Shown: positions 49,496-57,305, counted from the first letter of the stretch. The stretch: DNA of 60,387 nt from a virus (IMGVR_UViG_3300050014_001170:1-60387), one strand, 5' to 3'. The notes: generated from the sequence alone by a model not told the origin. Numbers and translations: made by a program.

Positions 49496-49569
49496 TGCCC
49501 TATGGTGTAATAGGTTAACATACCGCACTTTGGATGCAGTGAGTGTAGGTTCGAACCCTACTGGGGCAA
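49496..49569 (+). tRNA. tRNA-Gln(TTG)
   Basis: Acceptor TGCCCTA/TGGGGCA; loop CTTTGGA; T arm GTAGG-TTCGAAC-CCTAC. Confidence 0.85.
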
Positions 49570-49689
49570 CGAAATGTTCCTATATCGTCAAAGGTTAGCT
49601 ACCGGCGATAGAATATAGAGAGCGATAGATAGGTCCGGACTTAATTCTATCTTACCTTACTCGAGGTGGTAAAAGTACTCTCGAGACTT

Positions 49690-49762
49690 CGGGGTGTGGC
49701 CTAATTGGCAAGGTACTACATTTGGGATGTAGGGAGTGTGGGTTCGAGTCCCGCCACCCCGA
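49690..49762 (+). tRNA. tRNA-Pro(TGG)
   Basis: Acceptor CGGGGTG/CACCCCG; anticodon arm CTACA-TTTGGGA-TGTAG. Confidence 0.9.
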
Positions 49763-49769
49763 CTAAAAT

Positions 49770-49928
49770 TGAGGTATCTACCCTTGTGAAGAAAGGGGCC
49801 TGGCGGTCAACCCAGGTGCGGATTATTCTGATAAGGAAAAAATAGTATATCGGAAATCTATCTATAAGTGTACATAAAAATAGAAAGTAAGATATATGAA
49901 AATAGGGTTCAAATCCCCCATACCTCAC
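49770..49928 (+). ncRNA. tRNA-like RNA (acceptor plus T arm closing a long interior)
   Basis: Closing stem tgaggtat/atacctca, preceded by the T-arm ggg-ttcaaat-ccc. Confidence 0.45.
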
Positions 49929-49945
49929 TAATTTAAATTAATAAA

Positions 49946-50254
49946 ATGGGAAAAGAGGAAATTAAAAAAGAATTTATTGAATGCGAATGTGGCACTCATC
50001 TATTACAAATTATTCATAATGCTGAGTATTTTGATGATATAGAAACAAATAAACAAAGAATTCGTCAAGAATTTTGGTTAGCAATGTTTAATTACGGAAA
50101 TCAAAAACCAAGTTTTTGGCAAAGAATAAGAATTATTTGGAATTATCTCAAAACTGGAAAAATGCATGAGGATCAAATGATTCTTACTACAGAAGAAGCT
50201 CAGAAACTTGCAATTTTTATAAATAATAATATTATTGAAACAGAAAAAGATTGA
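49946..50254 (+). CDS. Hypothetical phage protein
   Basis: CECG.H...FWQRIR..W.YL motif. Confidence 0.6.
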   Translation: MGKEEIKKEFIECECGTHLLQIIHNAEYFDDIETNKQRIRQEFWLAMFNYGNQKPSFWQRIRIIWNYLKTGKMHEDQMILTTEEAQKLAIFINNNIIETEKD

Positions 50255-50370
50255 ATGTATATTAAAGCGAAGCCTGGAATACACGGATCTGCAGAATCCT
50301 AATAGCTTGGGGGATACGAATTGCTAAATGACCAGTATTATATATGTTCCCTAATATGCATTTTTTAAAT

Positions 50371-50444
50371 TGTCCTCTCGAATAATGGTAGTTCACATGT
50401 CTCTGGAACATGGAGTTTGGGTTCGAATCCCGCGAGGACAACCA
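50371..50444 (+). tRNA. tRNA-Gln(CTG), CCA encoded
   Basis: Acceptor TGTCCTC/GAGGACA followed by ACCA; anticodon arm CATGT-CTCTGGA-ACATG. Confidence 0.9.
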
Positions 50445-50489
50445 CGGATTTTTGAGTATCGAACATGAATATATAAATAAAATATATTC

Positions 50490-51098
50490 ATGACTAAAAA
50501 ATTTAATTATTTTTATAGAGTAGAAAATCTCATTAATGGAAAATTTTATTTTGGCGTACATAGTACAAATAATTTGGAAGATAAGTATTTAGGTTCAGGA
50601 AAACGAATATCATATGCTATAAAAAAATACGGTAAAAATAATTTTCAAAAAGAAATTTTAGAAAGCTTTGAGACTTTTAAGAAAGCTTTGGATTATGAAG
50701 AATTTATTGTTTCCGAAGAATTATTAAAAGATCCCAGTTGTTATAATTTGATGAAAGGCGGAAAAGGAGGAAATAACGGTAGAGGAGAAGAATGGTATAA
50801 ACAGCATTGTTCAGAAGCTGGAAAAAATTGTATGAAAGATCCTATTTATAGAGAAATTTTTATAAAAAAACAACGGGAGAATTGGAAAAATATTTCTATT
50901 CATACAGGATTTAAAGATAAAAAACATTCAGAAGAAGCCAAAAAGAATATAGGTAAAGGAAATTCTTTATCTCAAAAAGGAGAAAAAAATTCTCAATTCG
51001 GAACTTGCTGGATAACAAATGGAATTAATAATATGAAAATTCCAAAAGATGAATTAAATCTCTGGCTCCAAGAAAATTGGAAAAGGGGAAGAGTATAA
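50490..51098 (+). CDS. GIY-YIG homing endonuclease (Seg-like)
   Basis: YFYRVENLINGKFYFGVH...YLGSG...YNL..GG; KHSEE; WITNG...WKRGR. Confidence 0.85.
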   Translation: MTKKFNYFYRVENLINGKFYFGVHSTNNLEDKYLGSGKRISYAIKKYGKNNFQKEILESFETFKKALDYEEFIVSEELLKDPSCYNLMKGGKGGNNGRGEEWYKQHCSEAGKNCMKDPIYREIFIKKQRENWKNISIHTGFKDKKHSEEAKKNIGKGNSLSQKGEKNSQFGTCWITNGINNMKIPKDELNLWLQENWKRGRV

Positions 51099-51253
51099 AC
51101 TGTAGTAATGTTAAGAGTTACTTCGATCTGTCTTGAAAACAGGTGTCCGTAAGGACGTGGAGGTTCGAGTCCTTCTACTCTTGGGGAACTTAGGGTATGA
51201 CGAAATTGGTAGACGTGCTTTAGAAAAAACACTCTAAACGACTTTCTCAGTTT
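51097..51253 (+). ncRNA. Y RNA (YrlA)-like ncRNA, copy 3, containing a circularly permuted tRNA-Ser(TGA)
   Basis: The shared terminal motif encloses, in order, the anticodon arm, variable arm, T arm, a capped acceptor stem and the D arm. Confidence 0.75.
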
Positions 51254-51258
51254 AAATT

Positions 51259-51333
51259 CGGGGTACGATCCACATGGTGAGGTTGCCGGCATTGGAAGCC
51301 GGATTATTGGGGGTTCGAGTCCCTCTATCCCGA
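51259..51333 (+). tRNA. tRNA-Pro(TGG), atypical loop (A32, A37)
   Basis: Acceptor CGGGGTA/TATCCCG; anticodon arm CCGGC-ATTGGAA-GCCGG. Confidence 0.7.
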
Positions 51334-51338
51334 CTAAA

Positions 51339-51581
51339 TTGTTTGCTTAAATATGAATGTATGCGTAGGCGATTACAGCCTTCATAAGTAGCAGCCGGTG
51401 CAAACCGTGGTTAAGTCCTGCTTCCAATAACGAAACGCATAAGCCGATCAAGCGGAAAAACATTCATGGTAAAGATAACTATTTGATCCAGTCTCTACAG
51501 GGTAGTTCATTACTGCACTGTATGTACGAAGGTATAAAACGCTTGGGGATAGTTATTCCACTTGATAATTTGGACAAACAA
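51339..51581 (+). ncRNA. Unclassified structured RNA (about 240 nt)
   Basis: Closing pair ttgtttg..aaat/attt..caaacaa; nested atgaatgt/acattcat and tgcgt/acgca stems; lies between two tRNAs. Confidence 0.4.
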
Positions 51582-51590
51582 TTTAATTTT

Positions 51591-51666
51591 GCCCTCTTAG
51601 CAGAAATGGCACGTGCATCACACTTAGGATGTGATAATTATGTGGGTTCGAATCCCACAGAGGGTA
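51591..51666 (+). tRNA. tRNA-Leu(TAG), short variable arm
   Basis: Acceptor GCCCTCT/AGAGGGT; anticodon arm TCACA-CTTAGGA-TGTGA. Confidence 0.85.
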
Positions 51667-51727
51667 CAAAAATTCAAGTCTGGCATCTATGCCATTTTTA
51701 TCATAAATATATAGAATAAATAAAATT

Positions 51728-52558
51728 ATGTATAAATGTGAATGTGGAAGACAATTTGAAAAACAAAATTCTCTAAATACCCATGCAAGATTTTGTAAAT
51801 CTTATATCAGAAAAAATAAAATTTCCAAATATAGAGAAAATGAAAATTTATATAAATGTGAATGCGGAAGAATATTTAATAATTCTCAAGGATTAAATGG
51901 ACATTTTTGTTATTGTTTAATTCATCGAAACGGGAAACCCCCCATGGAAATAAAAGTAAATTGGGGGAATTCGGGAAATCAAAATAAACCTTGGTGCAAA
52001 GGATTAAATAAAGAAAATAATTTATCATTATTAAATGCTTCAAATAGCTTAAAAGAAAATTATTCGGGGAAAGATGCTATATGGTATGGAAAACATCATT
52101 CTGATGAAACAAAAAGAATATTATCCGAAAAAAGAATGAAATTTTTACAGGATAATCCAAATAGTAATATTAAATGGTTTTCTATAAGCAATGGGGAAAA
52201 GGAGATTAAGGTTCAAGGAAAATGGGAATTGAATATTGCAAATTGGTTGAATGAAATTAATGAAAAATGGGATCGAATAACTATAAAATATAAAAATAGG
52301 AGGTATACCCCAGATTTTTATTTAATTGATAGAGATGAATATATTGAAGTTAAGGGATGGTTGAAGGATAGAGATTTATATAAAATGTTTTTAGTTTTAC
52401 AGGAAAATCCTGATATTAAAATAAGATTATTACAAAAAAAATTATATAAAAAAATAGATAAAATAAAAATTGAGGATATTCCCATATTTAATGAAATTTA
52501 TTCTTTAGATAATGTGGATTTTAATAAATTTAAAAATGTTTTTAATTTGCTCCCTTAG
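51728..52558 (+). CDS. Homing endonuclease-like protein (C2H2 fingers, NUMOD3, PD-(D/E)xK)
   Basis: YKCECGR.F occurs twice; YGKHHSDETK; YTPDF...YIEVKG. Confidence 0.75.
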   Translation: MYKCECGRQFEKQNSLNTHARFCKSYIRKNKISKYRENENLYKCECGRIFNNSQGLNGHFCYCLIHRNGKPPMEIKVNWGNSGNQNKPWCKGLNKENNLSLLNASNSLKENYSGKDAIWYGKHHSDETKRILSEKRMKFLQDNPNSNIKWFSISNGEKEIKVQGKWELNIANWLNEINEKWDRITIKYKNRRYTPDFYLIDRDEYIEVKGWLKDRDLYKMFLVLQENPDIKIRLLQKKLYKKIDKIKIEDIPIFNEIYSLDNVDFNKFKNVFNLLP

Positions 52559-52619
52559 CCCAACTAGGCAGATCAGACTTAAACCCTGTACAGTATCGGT
52601 TCGAATCCGATAGGGAGTA
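52549..52619 (+). tRNA. tRNA-Leu(TAA), degenerate
   Basis: Acceptor GCTCCCT/AGGGAGT and T arm are good; D loop lacks GG; weak anticodon stem around CTTAAAC. Confidence 0.55.
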
Positions 52620-52623
52620 CAAA

Positions 52624-52697
52624 CGGAATGTATATCAGTTGGCTAGATTACCTGATTAGGGTTCAGGAGGTCGAGGGTTCGAGTCTCTCCATTCCGA
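52624..52697 (+). tRNA. tRNA-Pro(AGG)
   Basis: Acceptor CGGAATG/CATTCCG-A; anticodon arm CCTGA-TTAGGGT-TCAGG. Confidence 0.8.
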
Positions 52698-52838
52698 CAT
52701 TTTTATTAAAAACATTTTTTTCCTAAGAAATTAATTTGTATATTTGCTCTATTGAATGAGACAAAGAGTTTGTCAGAAACTTACCCTTAATAAGGTAAAG
52801 CGGAACTCGGCTTAAGGCAGCTGTTAAAATAAAAAAAT

Positions 52839-53309
52839 ATGAAACGCCTATTAACTTTTATAACATTATTACTGCTTTACACTACCACCAGTTTTGGTAC
52901 TTGTAAAATATCTAATAACACAGATGCTAAGAATACTCCTTTATTTGAAAGAGTTTTTGCTCTTGTTTCTAAAGATTTAGATATTGATACTTGTAATTTA
53001 GAAATAACTATAAGTTATAGTATTTTTAAGGAACCAGTTAAAGCAGCAACAATAAGAAGCGCAGAGAATAGTTATGTTATAAATATAAGCGAATATATCC
53101 TTGAATGGGATAAACCTGAAATCTTTATACATGAATTAGTTCATATATCTCAAATAGAACATCATAAACTTGTTATATACAGATATTCTGCTTGGTTTGA
53201 AGGTAAAACATACACCAATGATATACCTTATGAAGAAAGACGGTATGAGAATGAAGCAATGAAAGGTTCAAGAGAATTAACTAAGAAATATTGTAAAGAA
53301 TTAAAATAG
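52839..53309 (+). CDS. Secreted zincin-type metallopeptidase (HExxH)
   Basis: Signal peptide; HELVHISQ...YE.EA. Confidence 0.65.
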   Translation: MKRLLTFITLLLLYTTTSFGTCKISNNTDAKNTPLFERVFALVSKDLDIDTCNLEITISYSIFKEPVKAATIRSAENSYVINISEYILEWDKPEIFIHELVHISQIEHHKLVIYRYSAWFEGKTYTNDIPYEERRYENEAMKGSRELTKKYCKELK

Positions 53310-53350
53310 GTAGCATTCTTTTTTAATATAAAAAGTTCTTTAAAATATTG

Positions 53351-53705
53351 GATGTGAATACCGATCGGAGATTGGTATCTGGTGCGGCGGGGATCGAGAC
53401 CCCAACTTGGTCGGCTCAAATCCGGCCAGGGCATGGATTAGAATAATCAGAGATGCTCTGTTCTAATGCAAAAAACAGAAAATCATCCAAAAATATTCCA
53501 ACTGAAGAGATCCAAAGGCTTCCAAACCCTGACCAATGGATCGTCCAAAGGGACTACTGGAGGGAATATATTCGGAAGTTGGATTAAACTGACAACGAGT
53601 ATATGCCATGCGGAAGGTAGGACGCCGGGCTTCGACACTCAAGCTAAGTCTTCGGACAGAGTGTTCAGACTCAAGACTAAAGGGATGTGAGAGCTGGTTG
53701 GAATT
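53351..53705 (+). ncRNA. Unclassified GC-rich structured RNA (about 350 nt)
   Basis: Follows a boxA-like site; hairpins gggg-atcgaga-cccc and ggtcgg-ctcaaat-ccggcc, a gtc-TTCG-gac tetraloop, and a tccaact/agttgga stem. Confidence 0.45.
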
Positions 53706-53716
53706 TTTATAATTTT

Positions 53717-53798
53717 GCCGACATCGCATAGTGGCAATTGCAAGGGACTGTAAATCCCTCGCCTACGGGCTTCGAAGGTTCGAGTCCTTCTGGCGGCA
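53717..53798 (+). tRNA. tRNA-Tyr(GTA)
   Basis: Anticodon arm AGGGA-CTGTAAA-TCCCT; long variable arm; T arm. Confidence 0.9.
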
Positions 53799-53850
53799 CT
53801 GAAAAAGCGGAAGAATGAGAATCCGGCCTTGAATATATAGAATAAAAACT

Positions 53851-54279
53851 ATGACTCAAGGAAAAATTAAAGTTACTGATCAAGAAATTCTTGATATTTT
53901 TAATACGGATACAACTCTTAATAAAGCTTCAGCTAAGTTAAATATGTCTTCGATTTCATTATGTCGAAGAACTAAAAAGCTTGGTTTAAAATGGGTAGAT
54001 AAAAAGAATCATGGAGGAGGATTCGAAATTCCTCTTTCTGAAATTCTTGAAGGAAAACATCCTTACTATCAGACTGGTCATCTAAAATTGAGGTTGATAA
54101 AAAAGGGGATTAAAGAAAATAAATGTGAAGAATGTCATATAACAGATTGGAATGGAAAATCATTGAATATGCAACTAGATCATATAGATGGTAATCCTCA
54201 TAATCATCTTTTAGAAAATTTAAAAATGTTATGTCCCAATTGTCACAGTCAAACAGAAACATTTTGCGGTAAAATTTAA
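53851..54279 (+). CDS. HNH endonuclease
   Basis: CEEC...LDHIDGN..N.L.NL..LCPNCHSQT. Confidence 0.9.
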   Translation: MTQGKIKVTDQEILDIFNTDTTLNKASAKLNMSSISLCRRTKKLGLKWVDKKNHGGGFEIPLSEILEGKHPYYQTGHLKLRLIKKGIKENKCEECHITDWNGKSLNMQLDHIDGNPHNHLLENLKMLCPNCHSQTETFCGKI

Positions 54280-54295
54280 TTTAAAACAAAATACA

Positions 54296-54466
54296 ATGAG
54301 TAAATTTCGAATTGATTATGATGATCGGCCTGACGATATTATTGATAAAATCAATCAGGCATTAATAACTCATGGATTATCAATAATAAAAATTGAGGAT
54401 CCGAGTGATGAAGAAGAGGAATCTCAACATTATAAAATTGTTAAGTTTCTTCCGGATGAAGGATAA
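54296..54466 (+). CDS. Small acidic hypothetical protein (56 aa, not in the ORF track)
   Basis: MSKFRIDYDDRPDDIIDKIN...; overlaps the start of the next ORF. Confidence 0.45.
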   Translation: MSKFRIDYDDRPDDIIDKINQALITHGLSIIKIEDPSDEEEESQHYKIVKFLPDEG

Positions 54467-54764
54467 GATTCTAGAAACCCAATGGGGTGTAATAAATTAT
54501 AATTATTACAAAGATGAAAAATATCCTAATGGACTCTTAATTTTTATGGGAAGTTATATTCCTAGAAAATTTAGGGGACAAGGTAAATTCAAAGAAATGG
54601 TAAATGAATTATTTTCTCAATTTCAAAAAGGAACAGAAGTTCAACTTGCTATTGCAAATAAGCATTTAATTCACATGTTTGAAGAAATGGGATTTGAAAA
54701 AACAGAAGATATTGAATACTGGGGAAGTCCTAGTAATACAATAAATTTGAAAGGAAAAATATAA
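54456..54764 (+). CDS. GNAT-like acetyltransferase
   Basis: YIPRKFRGQGKF and N......FE.MGF motifs; start moved to ATG 54456. Confidence 0.6.
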   Translation: MKDKILETQWGVINYNYYKDEKYPNGLLIFMGSYIPRKFRGQGKFKEMVNELFSQFQKGTEVQLAIANKHLIHMFEEMGFEKTEDIEYWGSPSNTINLKGKI

Positions 54765-54769
54765 ATATT

Positions 54770-54853
54770 GTCCAGGTGGCGGAATTGGTAGACGCGTTGG
54801 TTCGAGGGGCCAATGTTAGAAATAACGTGTGGGTTCGAGTCCCATTCTGGACA
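54770..54853 (+). tRNA. tRNA-Leu(GAG), with C33
   Basis: Acceptor GTCCAGG/TCTGGAC; anticodon arm TTGGT-TCGAGGG-GCCAA; long variable arm. Confidence 0.8.
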
Positions 54854-54906
54854 CAAAGCAGATTATATGATAGTAACTGTAAGGAGAGCGCTCTCCACTA
54901 TCCTAT

Positions 54907-54978
54907 GGCGCGTTCGTATAATGGCTAGTACGCAGGGTTTTCATCCCTGTAATAGGAGTTCGATTCTCCTACGCGCTA
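54907..54978 (+). tRNA. tRNA-Glu(TTC)
   Basis: Acceptor GGCGCGT/ACGCGCT; anticodon arm CAGGG-TTTTCAT-CCCTG. Confidence 0.85.
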
Positions 54979-55101
54979 CTATCATAACAGTGACAAATTT
55001 GGGTTCGATTCCCAGGTGGGTCGTATCAGACGGCGAAGCAATTCTAAATGTATTCCTGATATGGCGTACCCTAAGCTAGGGAGGTATAGCTTATGATAAA
55101 T

Positions 55102-55172
55102 GCTCGGTTCTTCTAGAGGCAGGAAGGATGTTTCTCAGGCATCAAACAAGGATTCGATTTCCTTACCGAGTA
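55102..55172 (+). tRNA. tRNA-Glu(CTC)
   Basis: Acceptor GCTCGGT/ACCGAGT; anticodon arm GATGT-TTCTCAG-GCATC. Confidence 0.8.
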
Positions 55173-55263
55173 CAAGGTGAAAATGCCTCAATCATAGAAA
55201 TGAGGTCAAAGTCCATAACTGCACAGCGTTCTATGTCTGTGCACGGAAAATTTTCACCCTAAT

Positions 55264-55337
55264 GGCGCTGTCTTCTAATGGCCTAGGAATTCTCCCCTTC
55301 AAGGAGCAAGATGCGGGTTCGACCCCCGTCGGCGCTA
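55264..55337 (+). tRNA. tRNA-Glu(TTC), second copy, with C33
   Basis: Acceptor GGCGCTG/CGGCGCT; anticodon arm CTCC-CCTTCAA-GGAG. Confidence 0.7.
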
Positions 55338-55397
55338 CATATATCAATCTTAAAAATAATAGTTCGAAACTTTTCTCAAAATCCTCATTATAATAAT

Positions 55398-56069
55398 ATG
55401 AAGATATGTGAAAACTGTAGTAAAGAACATGATGAAACTTATGGTTCCGGAAGATTTTGTTCGATTAAATGTGCTAGGGGATTTAGTACTAAAGCAAAAA
55501 GAAAAGAAATAAATGAAGCAGTAAGTAAAAAACTAACAAAAAAAATAGATAAAGGCGAAAAAATAGGATATATTCAAAAATCCATCAAACCCAAAAATAT
55601 AAAATATTGTCTATGCGGACAACAATTATCACCACGCAATGAATTAGGTTTTTGTAATAAATGTAAATATTCTTCGGAAATATATCGAAAAAATGTTAGC
55701 AATTCATTAAAAGGAAAAACCGGAGGATATAGAAAAGGAGCTGGACAAACTAAAGGAGGGAGATACCAAGGATTTTATTTTGATAGTCCATTTGAAATTG
55801 AAATTGCAAAATATTTAGATACTCTAGATATTAAATGGAAAAGAAATACTAAAAGATTTTATTTTATTTTTAATAACAAGAAAACATATTATATCCCTGA
55901 TTTTTATATAAATAATTCCTTTTATCTAGAGGCAAAAGGATATTGGCATGGGGATAAACAGCAAAAGACAGAAGAAGCAGTTCGACAAAATAATTTAAAC
56001 TGGAAAGTAATAATGTGGAAAGATTGGAAGAAGAATAATTCTATACTTCTAACAATTTTTCAACAATGA
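55398..56069 (+). CDS. Homing endonuclease-like PD-(D/E)xK nuclease
   Basis: CENC...FCS..CA; DS.FE...YIPDF...YLEAKG; start moved to ATG 55398. Confidence 0.75.
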   Translation: MKICENCSKEHDETYGSGRFCSIKCARGFSTKAKRKEINEAVSKKLTKKIDKGEKIGYIQKSIKPKNIKYCLCGQQLSPRNELGFCNKCKYSSEIYRKNVSNSLKGKTGGYRKGAGQTKGGRYQGFYFDSPFEIEIAKYLDTLDIKWKRNTKRFYFIFNNKKTYYIPDFYINNSFYLEAKGYWHGDKQQKTEEAVRQNNLNWKVIMWKDWKKNNSILLTIFQQ

Positions 56070-56167
56070 CCAAATCCACTGGCATACTACACGAGGATTC
56101 CTGCCAGTTTCCAACATGGTATATAGTGGTCCCCGATAACGGAGTTGGCAGACAAGGTTAGAGGGTA

Positions 56168-56237
56168 TCTGCGTTAGTTTAATGGCTAAAACTCCGGCGT
56201 TGAGCTGGAGATATGGGTTCGACTCCCATACGTGGAG
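56168..56237 (+). tRNA. Degenerate tRNA, anticodon unresolved (Asn-like acceptor)
   Basis: Acceptor TCTGCGT/ACGTGGA-G, D and T arms intact; anticodon arm CCGGC-GTTGA-GCTGG has a short loop. Confidence 0.5.
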
Positions 56238-56369
56238 CTAAATAAAACCAATATTTTAATTAACGAGAATTTAACAAAAATCATTTTTATATTATCAAAT
56301 CTTTTCGTATATTTGATCTATAATAATAAACAATAAAACCAATACGTTCTTTTAAATTTTGATTTTCAA

Positions 56370-56671
56370 ATCCGTAGTAAGTTAAGGAGTTACTTCGAAA
56401 TAACGGTCCAAAGGTAGTACCGACACCGCGAGGTGCCCACGAATGCATGAAAAATTGCATCGTTTCACAGATCTCTTGTAGATGCTGAAGACGGGTAACG
56501 GTAGAACATATAGAAACTTTTGTATGAGTCAGGAGGACTAATAATCCGTACATACTGTGAAAACGAAAGTAATTAAGGCCTGGAATTAAAACCAATAGCA
56601 ATATTGGTGAGCCTATAAAGTTCTATGCGACCGGCCACCCAAGATAATACTCTAAACAAAGATTCTCGGAT
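56370..56671 (+). ncRNA. Y RNA (YrlA)-like ncRNA, copy 4, with a structured insert of about 250 nt
   Basis: Terminal stem atccg/cggat with GTAGTAAG..GGAGTTACTTCG...TACTCT...TTCTC. Confidence 0.55.
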
Positions 56672-56679
56672 AACATTAT

Positions 56680-56748
56680 AATTCGTGGTAAGATAAGGGT
56701 TACTTCGCGTCAATTGCTAAAATACACTCTTGTCAACTTTCCCGAATT
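56680..56748 (+). ncRNA. Y RNA (YrlA)-like ncRNA, copy 5 (short)
   Basis: Terminal stem aattcg/cgaatt with GTGGTAAG..AGGGTTACTTCG...ACACTCT...TTTCCC. Confidence 0.6.
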
Positions 56749-56760
56749 TCATTTTTTATA

Positions 56761-57305
56761 TGCGGTTTCCCACGGGTAAGGACTCATGTTACCTGAAGTG
56801 GTTTCAATCTAATATTGATCATAAAAATTGAATGAGGGGTGAAAATCCCCGGAACCGAGACCATTCGGCACCTTCCAATGAGGTAACATTTGGCCCCATC
56901 ATAATATTAGCTATAAAGGATGGGTGATCAGTGAAAGTCTGAGGGGCGCCAACCCATAAAGATATTCCATTAAAAAGGAAATCTAAACTAGCTCGCCACC
57001 CGAGCGTCAGAAAGGTTTCAGTTATGAGTTAAATAACAGGTTTTACGTCGCATGATTTACCTTTAATAATCAGGCTCCGTGTTCCGAACGTTAGAGGGTC
57101 TCCCGCCAATGAGTACAATGTGGTAGGTTTTTTACGCTTCTGAGTTTTTCTTCTAGAGCAATCTAAAAAAATTCAGTGTACCGTATGGATTCCACGGAAG
57201 GGTCTAATTGGCTCGCTTCGGTCTTAAGGGTTAGCACCCAAGAGTAGAAAACCTCGGCAGAGGTTATCGGGGGTTGGCTTACTTAAATTAGCCAACCTTT
57301 TTTTT
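56761..57305 (+). ncRNA. Large ornate ncRNA (about 540 nt) with tandem T-loop domains
   Basis: No ORF, elevated GC, two T-arm-like hairpins, long-range pairings, and a terminator at 57272-57305. Confidence 0.55.

Noticed and set aside
52750-52826. RNase P 3' motif or riboswitch (gaactcggcttaa)
   Set aside because: Too short, and the matching 5' conserved elements are absent.
53351-53705. tmRNA or RNase P RNA
   Set aside because: No Ala-type acceptor with a G-U pair, no credible tag peptide and no GAGGAAAGTCC motif; kept as an unclassified ncRNA.
54999-55022. Additional tRNA at ttggg-ttcgatt-cccag
   Set aside because: Only a T arm; no matching acceptor, D or anticodon arm was found.
49416-56601. 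Short ORFs over RNA genes (49416, 49716, 50262, 50993, 51483, 53463, 53466, 54813, 56287)
   Set aside because: They overlap tRNAs or structured RNAs and carry no protein motifs.
49027-56748. CRISPR array from the repeated GTTACTTCG motif
   Set aside because: The copies are dispersed, divergent and irregularly spaced, and pair with a 3' partner motif; no cas genes are present.
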